From positions 3,224,001 to 3,288,000 of the forward strand of contig NW_027361889.1 of assembly GCF_039654945.1 (NCBI RefSeq): a DNA stretch of 64,000 bases, written 5' to 3'. The notes beneath the pieces were generated by a model. It worked only from the letters and a program-made list of their open reading frames with translations. It did no database searches and was not told where the DNA came from. Made by a program: the position numbers and the translations under genes. Within the stretch, counting starts at the first letter, position 1. Every line of letters starts with the position of its first letter. The DNA is from Dendrobates tinctorius (Eukaryota). Below are positions 43,487 through 56,619 of the stretch, in pieces.

Positions 43487-45093
43487 GGGGGGTCTTCTCT
43501 GGGATTTAGTGAGCAAAACTGCCTTACTTTCCTGTTTTCCTTGGTGGCGAAGAGATCTATCTCTGGCAGTCCCCACTTCTGTACAATCAGGTCGAAGATA
43601 GAGTTTTTTAGGGACCATTCTCCTTGCCTTAAGAGATTGCGGCTCAGGAAATCTGCCGTGATGTTTTCTTTCCCCTTTATATGTAGAGCTGTTAATGATA
43701 GAAAATGCTGCTCTGCTAGCTGGAACAGCCGTTCTGCTACATTCATCAGGGATTTGGAACGGGTTCCGCCTTGGTGGTTGATATACGCTACGGTGACCAG
43801 ATTGTCGGAGAACACACGCACATGATGGCCCTGTAGATACACAAGCAGTTCTTTAGCCGCCAGCTCTACTGCTGTCAATTCTTTCAAGTTGGATGACATC
43901 TCTATCTGATGATGCTCCCATAGGCCCTGGACCAGAATTTCCCCCATATGAGCCCCCCAACCGGAAGGGCTAGCATCCGTGGTGATTATGCGGGATATGT
44001 CATATTCCCAGGGAACCCCTCTGGATAAATTATTTTCGTCTAGCCACCATTCTAGGGACTCCCTTGTGTTTCGGGACAAGGTTAGCTGGCCCTCTAAGTA
44101 ACCCCCAAGCATTTTTTGATGCCTTAAGACCTCGCCCTGTAGAGTTCTTGAATGAAACTGGGCCCACTGGACCGCCGGGATACAGGAGGAAAGTGAACCT
44201 AGAAGGGACATGGCTTTCCTGAGGGACATGGTCGGGTTATTGGAAGCGTTCAGGACCTGATAGTGCAGGCGAACCAGCTTCTCCGGGGGCAGACGGCATT
44301 CCTGTTTTACGGAATCTAGGATGAGGCCCAAGAATTGTTGGATTCTCATGGGCTGTAACCGAGATTTTTTAATGTTAAGCAGCCATCCTAACCGTTCTAG
44401 GGCAGACCTTGCCCTTTGTAGCTGTTGCAAACAATGGTTAGCCGTTTTCCCTACAATCAAGAAGTCATCTAAGTAGGGAATTACTAAAATGTCTGATTCA
44501 CGTAGATGGGCCATAACTTCCGCTACTACTTTAGTAAACACACGGGGAGCGACTGCCACCCCAAAGGGGAGGGCCGCATACTGGAAATGTTGAACTGACC
44601 CATCTAACTGCACTGCCACTCTGAGAAAACTCTGATGATCTGCATGAATGGGTATATGGTAGTAGGCATCTTTCAAATCTAACACCACCATGAAGCAGTT
44701 TTGAAACAGTAATTTTATTGTTGAATTAATTGTTTCCATCTTAAATGGGCGTGTGACCAGGAATTCATTGAGGGATTTAAGATTTATTATGGTCCTAAAG
44801 GAACTGTCTGGCTTGCGGACCAGGAACAAAGGGGAGTAGAAACCTTTCCCCCTTTCTTCCTCTGGAACTTTAGTTAGGACCTTTTTATGGCAAAGATCCC
44901 GAACTTCAGCTTCCAGGGCAGACTGTTCTGATGAGGATGACCTAAGAGGAGTGACCTTAAAACGATCTTGGGGAACCCGGGAGAATTCTAGTCGTAGGCC
45001 CGCAGCTACCACCCCCAGTATCCAGTTGCTATTAGAGATTAATGCCCAGGCCGGGTAGAAGGCAGCTAGTCTCCCCCCTACCGGAGCAACTAG
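43197..45093 (-). CDS. DIRS pol: RT, RNase H, adenine-methyltransferase-like domain; +1 indel at G6 43487-43492
   Basis: PVGGRL, DLKDAYYH, LPFG, YLDD, TDAS..GWG, DLFAT, YAFPP. Confidence 0.9.
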
Positions 45094-46662
45094 TCATTGG
45101 GGGCGGCTTTTTAGTGTCCCGTGCTGGACCTTCCTGGCGCCCCCCTCCTCCGAACATGAATCCAGTACCTCTCCTTCTTTTGTCGTCCCATCTGCCCTGA
45201 TCCCTGGACGGCCTCCTACGGAAATATCCTTTCCTGGTAAAGGGGCGTCTAAAAGAGGGGTTCGGCAGACTGGGGAACTTCTTTTTATCGTCCCCGGCCT
45301 TCTCTAAAAGTTCATCCAGGACGGGCCCAAACAGGTATTCGCCCTCACAAGGAATGGAACAGAGTCGAGATCTGGCCTGGATATCTCCTGGCCAGCATTT
45401 TAACCAGAGAGCCCTTCGAGCTGCGTTGGATAAACCTGCGGATCTAGCCGCCATTCTCGCAGAATCTGCTGACGCATCAGCCAGAAAAGCAGCAGCACTT
45501 TGGATAACTGGTAAAGCTTTTCGAATGTATGCTCTTGAGGTTCCATCCTTCAATTGGGAATCCAGCTGATCCAGCCAGACCATCAAGGATCTGGCCGTAC
45601 ATGTGGCCGCTACCGCTGGTCTCAAGGCACCCGCTGACATCTCCCATGTTCCTTTCAGAAAAGAATCCGCTTTTTTATCTAGCGGGTCTTTTAAGGAGGC
45701 CATGTCATCGAAAGGTATGGAGGACTTTTTGGAGGCTTTGGCCACTGCCGCGTCCAGCTTAGGGGCCTTGTCCCATTTGGTTACCACTGGGTCATCAAAC
45801 GGGTACCTTCGTTTGAAGGCAGGTGGCAAAGAACCTCTTTTTTCTGGCTTTTTCCATTCTCTATCTATTAGGTTCTGGACTTTATCATTCAACGGGAAGG
45901 ATCTGCGCTTTCTGGGATCTAGGCCTCCGAACATCACGTCCTGTGCCGAAAGTTCCGGTTTTGTGTCTGCTACCCCCATGGTGGACCTTACTGCTTTAAC
46001 TAACTTATCCATCTGGTCTAAAGGGAAAGCAGAAACGGCTCGAGTCTTCCTCTGAAGATGAAGTGGAGGCCGGGGAATCTGAGGAGATATCGATTCCAGG
46101 TGCGGCCGAGGACTCTGAACCCGAGAGGTTAACATCTCTTCCCTTAGAGGAGTCCTTTTTAGATAGGGCCTTCATTTCTGTCCTGATTATCTCCCTCAGG
46201 CTTGTGATGAAGTCTGGTGTTTCTTCCGCCACCTGTATGGACGGGGAAGAGTGTAAGGGCCTGTCAATCTACCCCTAGGGTACCGTCCCCATCCAACCCC
46301 TACCGCTTGTCGCACGCATGGCTGACACAACTTTTTAGGGTGGCCGTCTGGCAAAGGGCAATTACAGAGGGTACATTCCCTGTGCTTCTGCTTCCCCGTA
46401 GCTTTCCTTGCCTGCGAAAGAACGAAATAAAACACTGCATCAGGGTACATTCACGGAGATCTCTTACCCATGCAGACGAGGCAGGTACCGGGTCACGGAG
46501 GGAGGCAGGAGGGTCCTTTAGCCTGGAGGAACTTCTGTGGCTTTGTTCGCCCGTCCGTTTCTTCTTCTGCTGGCCACTCGCATGTAAATTCGCTGTGGCC
46601 TGTTTCTCTGGGCGCTCCTGCGCCTCGTCCTGCTGCTCTGTGGGGGCTTCTGTCGAATCCAT
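45094..46662 (-). CDS. DIRS ORF1/gag, predicted spliced (exons 46662-46468, 46411-46304, 46232 onward); indel near 46021
   Basis: Phase-0 GT-AG introns join three ORF pieces; CxxC..CxxC finger; PKLDAAV, RRALWL, LFGPVL typical of DIRS gag. Confidence 0.75.
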
Positions 46663-49600
46663 TGCTGGGCCTTCAGAAGCACCCCAGCAGCGTCACCTCC
46701 TGTGCTTTTAAAGCCTCCCACAGTGTCCGGGTTAGCAGGGCTCTGGCACGGCACCTCCCCCCCGGGTCCCCCTCCCCCCCCCCCGGGGCCGCGGGCCGCC
46801 CCAGACCGCCGAGCACCGGCGGCGCATCCCGGAAAGCCGGCCGGCACCCGACTTCCGGTTTCGGCGTTCCCGGCCCCGCCCCTTCCGCCGCGCGATCAAG
46901 ACCGCGGGAGCGCGCGGAAAGGAGCCGGCACGGCGCCCCCGGCTCCGGAATGCCCGCCGCCCCCACATGCGCCGACCTGCGCCCGCCGAACAGGCGCGAC
47001 CGCCAGCCCCCGGCGAGAGAGGGAGAGAGGAGCAAGCGGAGACCGGGTGAATGCAACAGGAGGGGTTCCAGGGGTCATACATACCTTGTGCCGGCCCTAT
47101 GGAGACGGCTGTCCACCGGACCCTCTGCTCCGCCTGCTCCAACCACTGTCGTGGTGACCTACCCGGCCCCACCGTGGCGCATCCAGGGACCCGAGCTTGA
47201 CCGAGGTAGGAGACCCCCCCGCTACCTGGGTCGGTCAGCCGGCCTGGGAATCCCTCGACGACTCCATGATGGACCATCTGTAGGAAGTCCCGTCCTATAG
47301 GAACAGGAAACCAACTGATGCGTGGGAGAGGTGCCGCCCTTTTGTATCTGTAGGTTTCCTGTTCCTGAAGGGCGGATCCCCTCTCTCAGGTGGTGCTGTC
47401 ATGGACGACCGAATAAACTACTGTATGGGCACACGTCGGGGCTCGGAAGGGAAGTAGTGACGTTTTGGAATGCAGACTTTGATGGAATTGTCTGCGGGTG
47501 TCATGTTGCCTTTGGAGAGCCCCTAATGTACCTAAACAGTGGAAACCCCCCACAAATGACACCATTTTGGAAACTAGACCCCCCAAGGAACTTATCTAGA
47601 TGTGTGGTGAGCACTTTGAACCCCCCAGTGCTTCACAGAAGTTTATAATGCCAGGGCATGAAAATAAAAAAATCGTATTTTTTCCAGAAACATGATCAAT
47701 TAGTCCCCAATTTTTTCATTTTCCCAAGGGTAACAGGAGAAATTGGACCCCCAAAAGTTGTTGTCCAATTTGGCCTGAGTACGCTGACACCCCATATGTG
47801 GGAGAAAACTACTGTATGGACACACGTCGGGGCTCGGAAGGGAAGCAGTGACGTTTTGGAATGCAGACTTTGATGGAATGGTCTGCGGGTGTCATGTGCG
47901 TTTGGAGAGCCCCTGATGTACCTAAACTATTGAAACTCCCCACAAGTGACCCCATTTTGGACACTAGACCCCCCACGGAACTTATCTAGATGTGTGGTGA
48001 GCACTTTGAACCCCCAAGTGCTTCACAGAAGTTTATAACACTCGGACGTGAAAATAAAAAAATCATTTTTTTCCACAAAAATGGTATTTTTGCCCCCAAT
48101 TTTTTATTTTCCTAAGGGTAACAGGAGAAATTGGACCCCAAAAATTGTTTTGCAATTTGTCCTGAGTAGGCTGATACCCTACATGTGGGGGTAAAACACT
48201 GTTTGGGCGCATGGCAGAGCTTGGAAGGGAAGGAGCACCATTTGACTTTTTCAACTCAGAATTGGCTGGAATTGAGATCAGACGACATGTTGCATTTGGA
48301 GAGCCCCTGATGTGCCCAAACAGTGGAAACCCCCCAATTATAACTCCAACCCTAACCCCAACACACCCCTAACCCTAATCTGAGCCCTAACCCTAATGGG
48401 AAAATGGAGATAAATACTTTTTTTTTAATTTTATTATTTTTCCCTAACTAAGGGGGTGATAACGGGGGCGTTTGATTTACTATTTATGGTGGTTTTTATG
48501 TTTGGCAGCTGTCGCACGCTAAAAGACGCATTTTATTGTAAAAATAGTTTTTGCATCACCACATATTGAGAGCTATAATTTTTCCGTATTTTGACCCACC
48601 GAGTCATGTGAGGTCTTATTTTTTGCGGGACGAGTTGACGTTTTTATTGGTACCATTTTCGGGCACGTGACATTTTTTGATCGCTTTTTATTCCTATTTT
48701 TGGGGCGCAGAATGAACAAAAACCAGCGTTTCATGAATTTCTTTTGTGGGGGTGCGTTTACACCGTTCCGCGTGCGGTAAAATTGATAAAGCGGTTTTAT
48801 TCTTCGGGTCAGTACGGTTACAGCGATACCTCATTTAGGTCGTTTTATGTTTTTGTCGGTTTTATGCAATGAAAACTATTTTATATAAAAAATAATTTTT
48901 GCATCGCTTTATTCTGCGAGCTATAACTTTTTTATTTTTTCGCTGATGATGCTGTATGGCGGCTCGTTTTTTGCGGGACAAGATGACGTTTTCAGCGGTA
49001 CCATGGATATTTATATGCGTCTTTTTGATCGCGCGTTATTACACTTTATGTTTGGCGGTATGATAATAAATCATTATTTTTTGCTTCGTTTTTTTATTTT
49101 TTAAGGGGTTCGCTAAAGGGGTTAACTAATGGGACAGTTTTATAGGGCGGATCATTACGGACACGGCGATACCTAATATGTGTACTTTTATTGTTTTTTT
49201 TTATTATTTCCAAAAAATGGATTTATTGGGGGAATATTTTTTTTTTTTTCTAATTTGGCGATTTTTTTTAAAATAATTTTAACACTTTTTTTTATTTTTT
49301 TTTTTACTTTATTAAATAGTCCCAGGTGGGACATCACTGTCCTGTGACAGATCGCTGATCTGTCACATCACAGACCACTGTGACAGATCAGCGATCTGAC
49401 ACAGGCACTGCAGAAGGCTTCCTCATGCCTGCGCTTTGCAGGCACTGAGGAAGCCAGCTTCCTCAGGCCCCCGTTGCCATCTTGGATTCGGGGGCCTGGA
49501 GGAAAGGAGCCCCCCGCAGCAGCGCTGCACATTGCGCTGCCGTGGGGGGCTCAGGGAAGCACGGAGGGAGCCCCCTCCCTGCCGATGCTTCCCTTTAACC

Positions 49601-50617
49601 TCCGGTACACCGCGATCATGTTTGATCGCGGTGTGCAAGGGGTTAACGTGTCGGGGGCGGTCCGTGACCGCCCCTGACACATTGTGCCGGGTGTCAGCTG
49701 TGATAATCAGCTGACACCCGGCCGCGATCAGCGGCGCTCACCACGTGGGCGCCGCTGATCGCGCCGACGTATTATCCCGTCCATGGGCATAGGGGCCCAG
49801 GGCACATGGACGGGATAGTACGTCGGATGGCAGAAAGGGGTTAAACCGGAGAAAGTCTTAACATTTTTTTGCATAACTATTAACTTCATACAGTAGGAAA
49901 AGGAAACCCGCAGCACTCACTATAAATGCAAAAAAAACCCTTTTCTTTTTAATAAAATAAGCTTTTTTTGCATTTACAGTGAGTGCTGCGGGTTTCCTTT
50001 TCCACACTGGCGCAGTGGTAATAGGCCTGGAGCGGGCTGGCTTCTCCCAACTCGGGCCGACGGCCAGTTCCCATGTCTGATGATGCTTCATTTGACGTTG
50101 GAGTCTCTTTTTTAAAGCTATATATTTGCACAACTATTAGTTTCAGCTGCTTTTACAGTACCAGCTCTCATGCACACTAGTTTTTTTTTGTCCTCAGTAT
50201 ATTGTGCTTTGCATGTTTTTTTTGGACAGAGCATGTCAATTCTTTCAGCGATTTTTTTCAACAATTTTTACCTACTGAATTGAATGGGGGGAAAAAAAAA
50301 CACGCCAATACCGCCAAGTGTGAACTCGCCCTAATAGAAACACGTCACCACTTCTGCATTAATCACCCACTTGATTTTGGCTTACAAATACTGAATGTGG
50401 CCATAAACTGGTGCACAATTCAAACAGCTATAGAACACCCCTGTTAATGGTGTAAATATGGGAGACCCCCACTGATCCCCTCAACAAGAGCCTCCTGGCT
50501 CTTCATCCACAAGCTTTGGGTATACAAATAATGCAATCACTTACAAACATATCTGAAAACTTGTATATAGATAATACATAACAGTCGATCGCTGCATGTG
50601 TTCTCTGGGGTCAGCAC

Positions 50618-50867
50618 TAGTGATGAGCGAACGTGCTGGGATAAGGTGTTATCTGAGCATGCTCAGGTGCTCACCGAGTGTCTTCGGCGTGCTCAAAAAA
50701 ATACGTTTGAATCCCCACAACTTAGTAAATCCCTGCATGTGTCGAACAGTCGCGAGACATGCAGCCGCGAGGACTCGAACAATATTTTTCGAGCACGCCG
50801 AAGACCCTCGGTTAGCACCCGAGCATGCTCGGATAACACCTTATCCCAGCACGTTTGCTGATCACTA
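50618..50867. mobile_element. hAT-like palindromic MITE
   Basis: TIR TAGTGATGAGC; homologous to 398-634. Confidence 0.75.
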
Positions 50868-51182
50868 GTCAAAACCAATTGTCGCCAACAAGTTTGTGCT
50901 GTAGAAAAGTTTCTTTCCTCTTATTATAAAGTAGGACGGAGAATATAGAAGATCCACAGGAAGCAAATTCCTTCAGTATACCTCCTGCCCGCAGGGACAT
51001 GGCAGTGACGCCCCGGAATTCCCATTCCGGAGGCGAGATCATTTTGAGGCATTCATACTGGAATAATCCTTGTAAACCAGTTTGAGCCTATACTCCGCCA
51101 GTCTGAGGGCAGCCATTAAAATCCACGATCAACAGACAGCCGGACATTATCACATCGCCAGGTCTCCAGTTTTTAGTAACTT

Positions 51183-51510
51183 TCACTCATTTTTATCCTT
51201 TTTTCCATTTCCATCAGTCTCTCCCAAAAGTTCAGAAATCGGTCTATAGATGATTTCATCGATCTCCGTTTCTTCCCTAAAGTACGCCCATAACAGCACC
51301 GCCGTGAGAAAGAAGCTGATCGGCAGCACCTTCCACAGCGGCCGCTGGTAGTCACTGCCAAACGACTGCGCCACAGTCCATCGCCGGTGGCTGCCTTTAC
51401 TCGTAGAAAACTTAATAGGCTTGTCATTGTCTTTCTCCTCTGTACAATCCGGACGGTTTTGTAGATGAAGCGTTCGAGTTTTATAAGTAACAAGCGACGG
51501 CTGCAGAACC
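51183..51510 (-). CDS. UQCC4: UQCC4 (C16orf91/CCSMST1) exon 2, complex III assembly factor
   Basis: PIKFSTSKGSHRRWTVAQSFGSD.QRPLWKVLPIS + TM segment + LWAYFREETEID family signature; adjacent to UNKL as in human. Confidence 0.88.
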
Positions 51511-52012
51511 CTGAAATACAGAAGAAGCAGTGTCATCCAAGGGCGTCCTAGCGAAGACGGCGCTGCACACTGAAGAGCTGGAGGGGATCGGCCATGAGAT
51601 GTCGGTGACATGACGATTCACACTCAGGAAGTGTGCACAGATCACACCTCAATAGATTCACCAAGAATGCGCTGATACACTAACAAACCTCCTGAATGGG
51701 CAGAACATGATCTGGTATGTAATAGAGACCATGAGTGCTCACTGACAGCAAGCAGAGATATGAAGGATTGGATTGTCATCATACAGGGATATAGAGATCT
51801 GTCAATAAAACCAGAAAAGGCCACGTTCATCCCCAAAAAATAGTATGTTACCCTGCTGGGAGGTATAGTCCCCCATCAGGTGGAGACTCCCCAGTGGTGA
51901 AATATAATAATGGTAGTGAAAAAAGTATTGGGGGGGAAACCGGTGTAGTACACGGCAGGCGAGGGTCTAATATGCCTTCTACAGTACTAGTCTTGCACCT
52001 CAGTATCTCCAT

Positions 52013-53385
<1,373 letters not shown>

Positions 53386-53464
53386 CGCCAGCCGCGTAGA
53401 CCCAGTGCCCCCACAGGGCTGGCAGTGACTCCTGGGGCCGCAGCACTGTCACCTCCTCAGTTAC

Positions 53465-53499
53465 CTGCGCACAGTCCTGGGGCACAGGCTCCGGTACAT
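53465..53499 (-). CDS. UQCC4: UQCC4 exon 1 coding part
   Basis: MYRSLCPRTVR(R), Arg-rich presequence-like; AG|GTAACT donor in phase with exon 2; total 363 nt = 120 aa. Confidence 0.8.
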
Positions 53500-53569
53500 G
53501 CTGCAGCTGCTGTTCCCACCCTGACGGCCAGAGAGCGCACAGCCCCGGCGGCCGCGCTACACAACACAC

Positions 53570-53830
53570 GTGCTCTGAAGGTCGCCGGAAGCGGAAGTGA
53601 CGCTAGCAGGGAACCACAAGCCACAGCACCCAGGCGCCATTTTACCTTTGGGCACAGTGATTGGCGCGAGGTGAAAGGGAGAACACGCTCACAGAGAGAC
53701 GCTTAATCACCTCATAAGAATTTACATTGAATTCTTCCCGCTATCACAGCGTGACTGAGCTGCTGCGGGCGCTGACGTTACCGGGCAGCTCTGGAGCGCC
53801 GTAAGTCGCCCTCTGGCGGTGACAACGTGA
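53570..53830 (-). promoter_or_regulatory. UQCC4 promoter
   Basis: Tandem ETS/GABP CCGGAAGCGGAAGT ~53585, YY1-type CGCCATTTT ~53635, CCAAT ~53660. Confidence 0.65.
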
Positions 53831-54288
53831 AAGAGTGAGTGACGTTATTCTATTGCCTGCAGAATCTGCATTGTCCACTAGAGGGAGACATTCCATGTTT
53901 AAATATATACTGTTACTTACATTTTTAATTACTGTGTGAACTGGACCCCATTTTATTACAGACCATGTGGTAATAATCTGTGCACTGAGGATAGATAGAT
54001 AGCTATACCCCAGTGCACCGAAGAATGCATGGGACGAGGTGCTGGTAGACTTATATTGAGAGCTTGTGACCATTACTGCTGACTTTCGGTCAGTCAGAGG
54101 CTTCGATGGCAAGATTGCAGCTCCAGGAAAAGTAGAAGATTGCGGATGCTAAGTATATTACTAGGGGCAAGGGGACTGCTTTGGTCCCTCTCTGCCATTT
54201 AGTGACAACAGCTCTGAAAGGGTGGAAATCATTCTTAACCGTCACTTTCTCTCTATGGCTGGGGTCACACGACCGTGTGTTCTCTTAT

Positions 54289-55324
54289 GGCCGGGGTCAC
54301 ACTGGCGAGGAATACGGACGAGTGAGAGGCGTTAAAAGCACGCATTACACACGGACAAATTATTCTCTATGGGCAGCTCTCAACAGCCGTATATTTCTCA
54401 TCCGTATTCTACAGTCCGTGCCACTCGCAGCATGCTGCGATTGTCAGCGTACTACGCCCGTAATACACCAATGCAAGTCTATGGGTGCGCAAAAAATACG
54501 CATTACACACGGACCACACATGTGACTTGCGAGAAATACGCACCCGGTGTCTTTTAGAAAAGCCGGCAATTCAGTGCGCTATACAGTAAACTCACACTGA
54601 CAGGTTTAATAAAGAAAGAAAGAATAGATATATACACATAGAATACATATATATATATATATATATATACATACATACATGTCATTGTGACAAACATATA
54701 TATCTATATATTTATATTTCACAGAGTTCTTCATAGCAGAACTAATTAAATTGCCGGCTTCTATCAAATCCTTCCCCAACCCGACATGAAATGACACATG
54801 GTTTACATTCAGTAAAGCATTTCATTTCATGTTTTTTAATATGTCCCTGACTAATAATTAGACGAGGGTTTGTGTGCAAAATTTGGGAGTTGTTGTTATT
54901 TTAAGGGGTTAATTCGTTGTTAAAAAAATGTGTGGGCTTCCCATTGCCCTATAGTGTTGGCGAGTGGGTTAATCTAACAAAGGGTTAATGTCACCATACG
55001 ATTGTAAGGTGACATTAACCCTTTGTTAGATTAACCCATTCGCCACCGCTCCAGGGCAATGGGAAGCCCACACATTTTTTTAACAACGAATTAACCCCTT
55101 AAAATAACAACTACAACTCCCAAATTTTGCACACAAACCCTCGTCTAATTATTAGTCAGGGACATATTAAAAAACATGAAATGAAATGCTTTACTGAATG
55201 TAAACCATGTGTCATTTCATGTCGGGTTGGGGAAGGATTTGATAGAAGCCGGCAATTTAATTAGTTCTGCTATGAAGAACTCTGTGAAATATAAATATAT
55301 ATATATATATGTGCCTCAATGACT

Positions 55325-55374
<50 letters not shown>

Positions 55375-55621
55375 TTCTATGTGTCTATATCTATTATTTA
55401 GTTTCTGTTAGAAACCCTGTCATAGGGCTCCATTATATGTCCATTTTGCAAGGCGGCGAGAAAATCTCGCCATACGGATGCCATAGGATGCTTACATGCG
55501 CAAAATACGCAACCACACCTTGCTTACGGATGACATGCGGATCACTATTTAGGGGTCATTCATCCGTATTACGCCTGTAAACTACGGACCGTATTTTGCG
55601 TCGGTCAGTGTGACCCCGGTC
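54289..55621. mobile_element. 1.3-kb palindromic Harbinger-like MITE nested in a related MITE
   Basis: TIR GGCCGGGGTCACACT/AGTGTGACCCCGGTC; ~300-bp near-perfect inner arms. Confidence 0.75.
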
Positions 55622-56619
55622 TTTCCGAGAGAATCGGGTTGATTATGCTAAGGAGACTGATCAAATTCTGATCCGAGTGTCAGCCTAGTGTGATCCAATA
55701 TGGATTTAGTGTGAAAGTAAATAGCTTTCTGACGCCGTGTGACATACGCACAGAGCGCCCCGCTGCCAGGAGGAAATTAACTTTATTCCTCCTGGCAGCC
55801 TCAGGCTTTCAGTCACCGCTCAGTGCGTAGTCGGCAGCAGCTGTATTCGCGTCTGTCGGTGCTGGGGCGTTGTTACAGCCATCACTCGCTATGCACTGAG
55901 CGGTGACTGAAGCAGCACACCCCTTTGACTGAAAGCCTGAGGAATAAAGTTAATTTCCTCCTGGCAGCGGGGCTCTTTGGCATGTTTACAATGCTATTAA
56001 CCTGCAGATTATAATCCCATCACAGCAGGTTATTAGCTTTTTTTTTTTTTACATGACATGTTCCCATCCAACTTTCTGCTTTCAGAAAAAAAACCCCATC
56101 AACCAGCTTCAGTTTCTTTATAAAACAAACCTGCTGGGCATCACTCACCCTTCCCAGGTCTTCAATGCTGCTCCCGCTGTTTTTATTGTCTGCAGGGTTG
56201 TGTTGACGTCCTGTTGACAGCACTGCAGCCAATCGGTGAGCTCAGCGGCTCGTGCCATTAACTCAGGCAGAGCCCTTAAGCGCAATTATTGGCTGCAGCG
56301 TGACTTCAGCGCTGCAGACGATAACAGGCACGGTTAGTGGTGGTGCAGACGCAGCGTTGGTCCCTGGGAGGATGCGCAAAGTGCATTTTTTTTTTTTTTT
56401 TATCAATTTCACCTGGTGATGAGCGGCAAATAAAAACCTGTGTACCCCTGGGTTAAAGCTTCTAAATCTAGTATTACTGTAAAATAAAACATCTGATGCA
56501 CTGATAGCAGTATCCTCCTTTTTTCTGTTTCTATACTGCATATGGTATCAGTGCAGCAGGACACTTGCTGCGGTGTCTGCAGCCATCAGAAGAAGTACCA
56601 GTAAATATTTACAGAATGC

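Larger units (their letters stand above)
40561..47417 (-). mobile_element. Full-length DIRS1-type tyrosine-recombinase retrotransposon
   Basis: Identical 96-bp inverted repeats (40600-40695 / 47311-47406), internal complementary region, TTT termini, gag, RT/RNase H/MT and YR ORFs. Confidence 0.96.
38682..49840. mobile_element. Large non-autonomous TTAA-bounded (piggyBac-like) element with ~370-bp internal tandem units; hosts the DIRS
   Basis: TTAA at 38678-38681 and 49841-49844, termini CACCTTC/GAAAGGGG; repeat units at 39300-40560 resume in register at 47418-48340. Confidence 0.6.

Noticed and set aside
42604-45012. Novel natural RT-RNaseH-recombinase fusion protein
   Set aside because: Explained by a one-base gain in a G6 run joining two normally overlapping DIRS frames; the C-terminus is hAT sequence.
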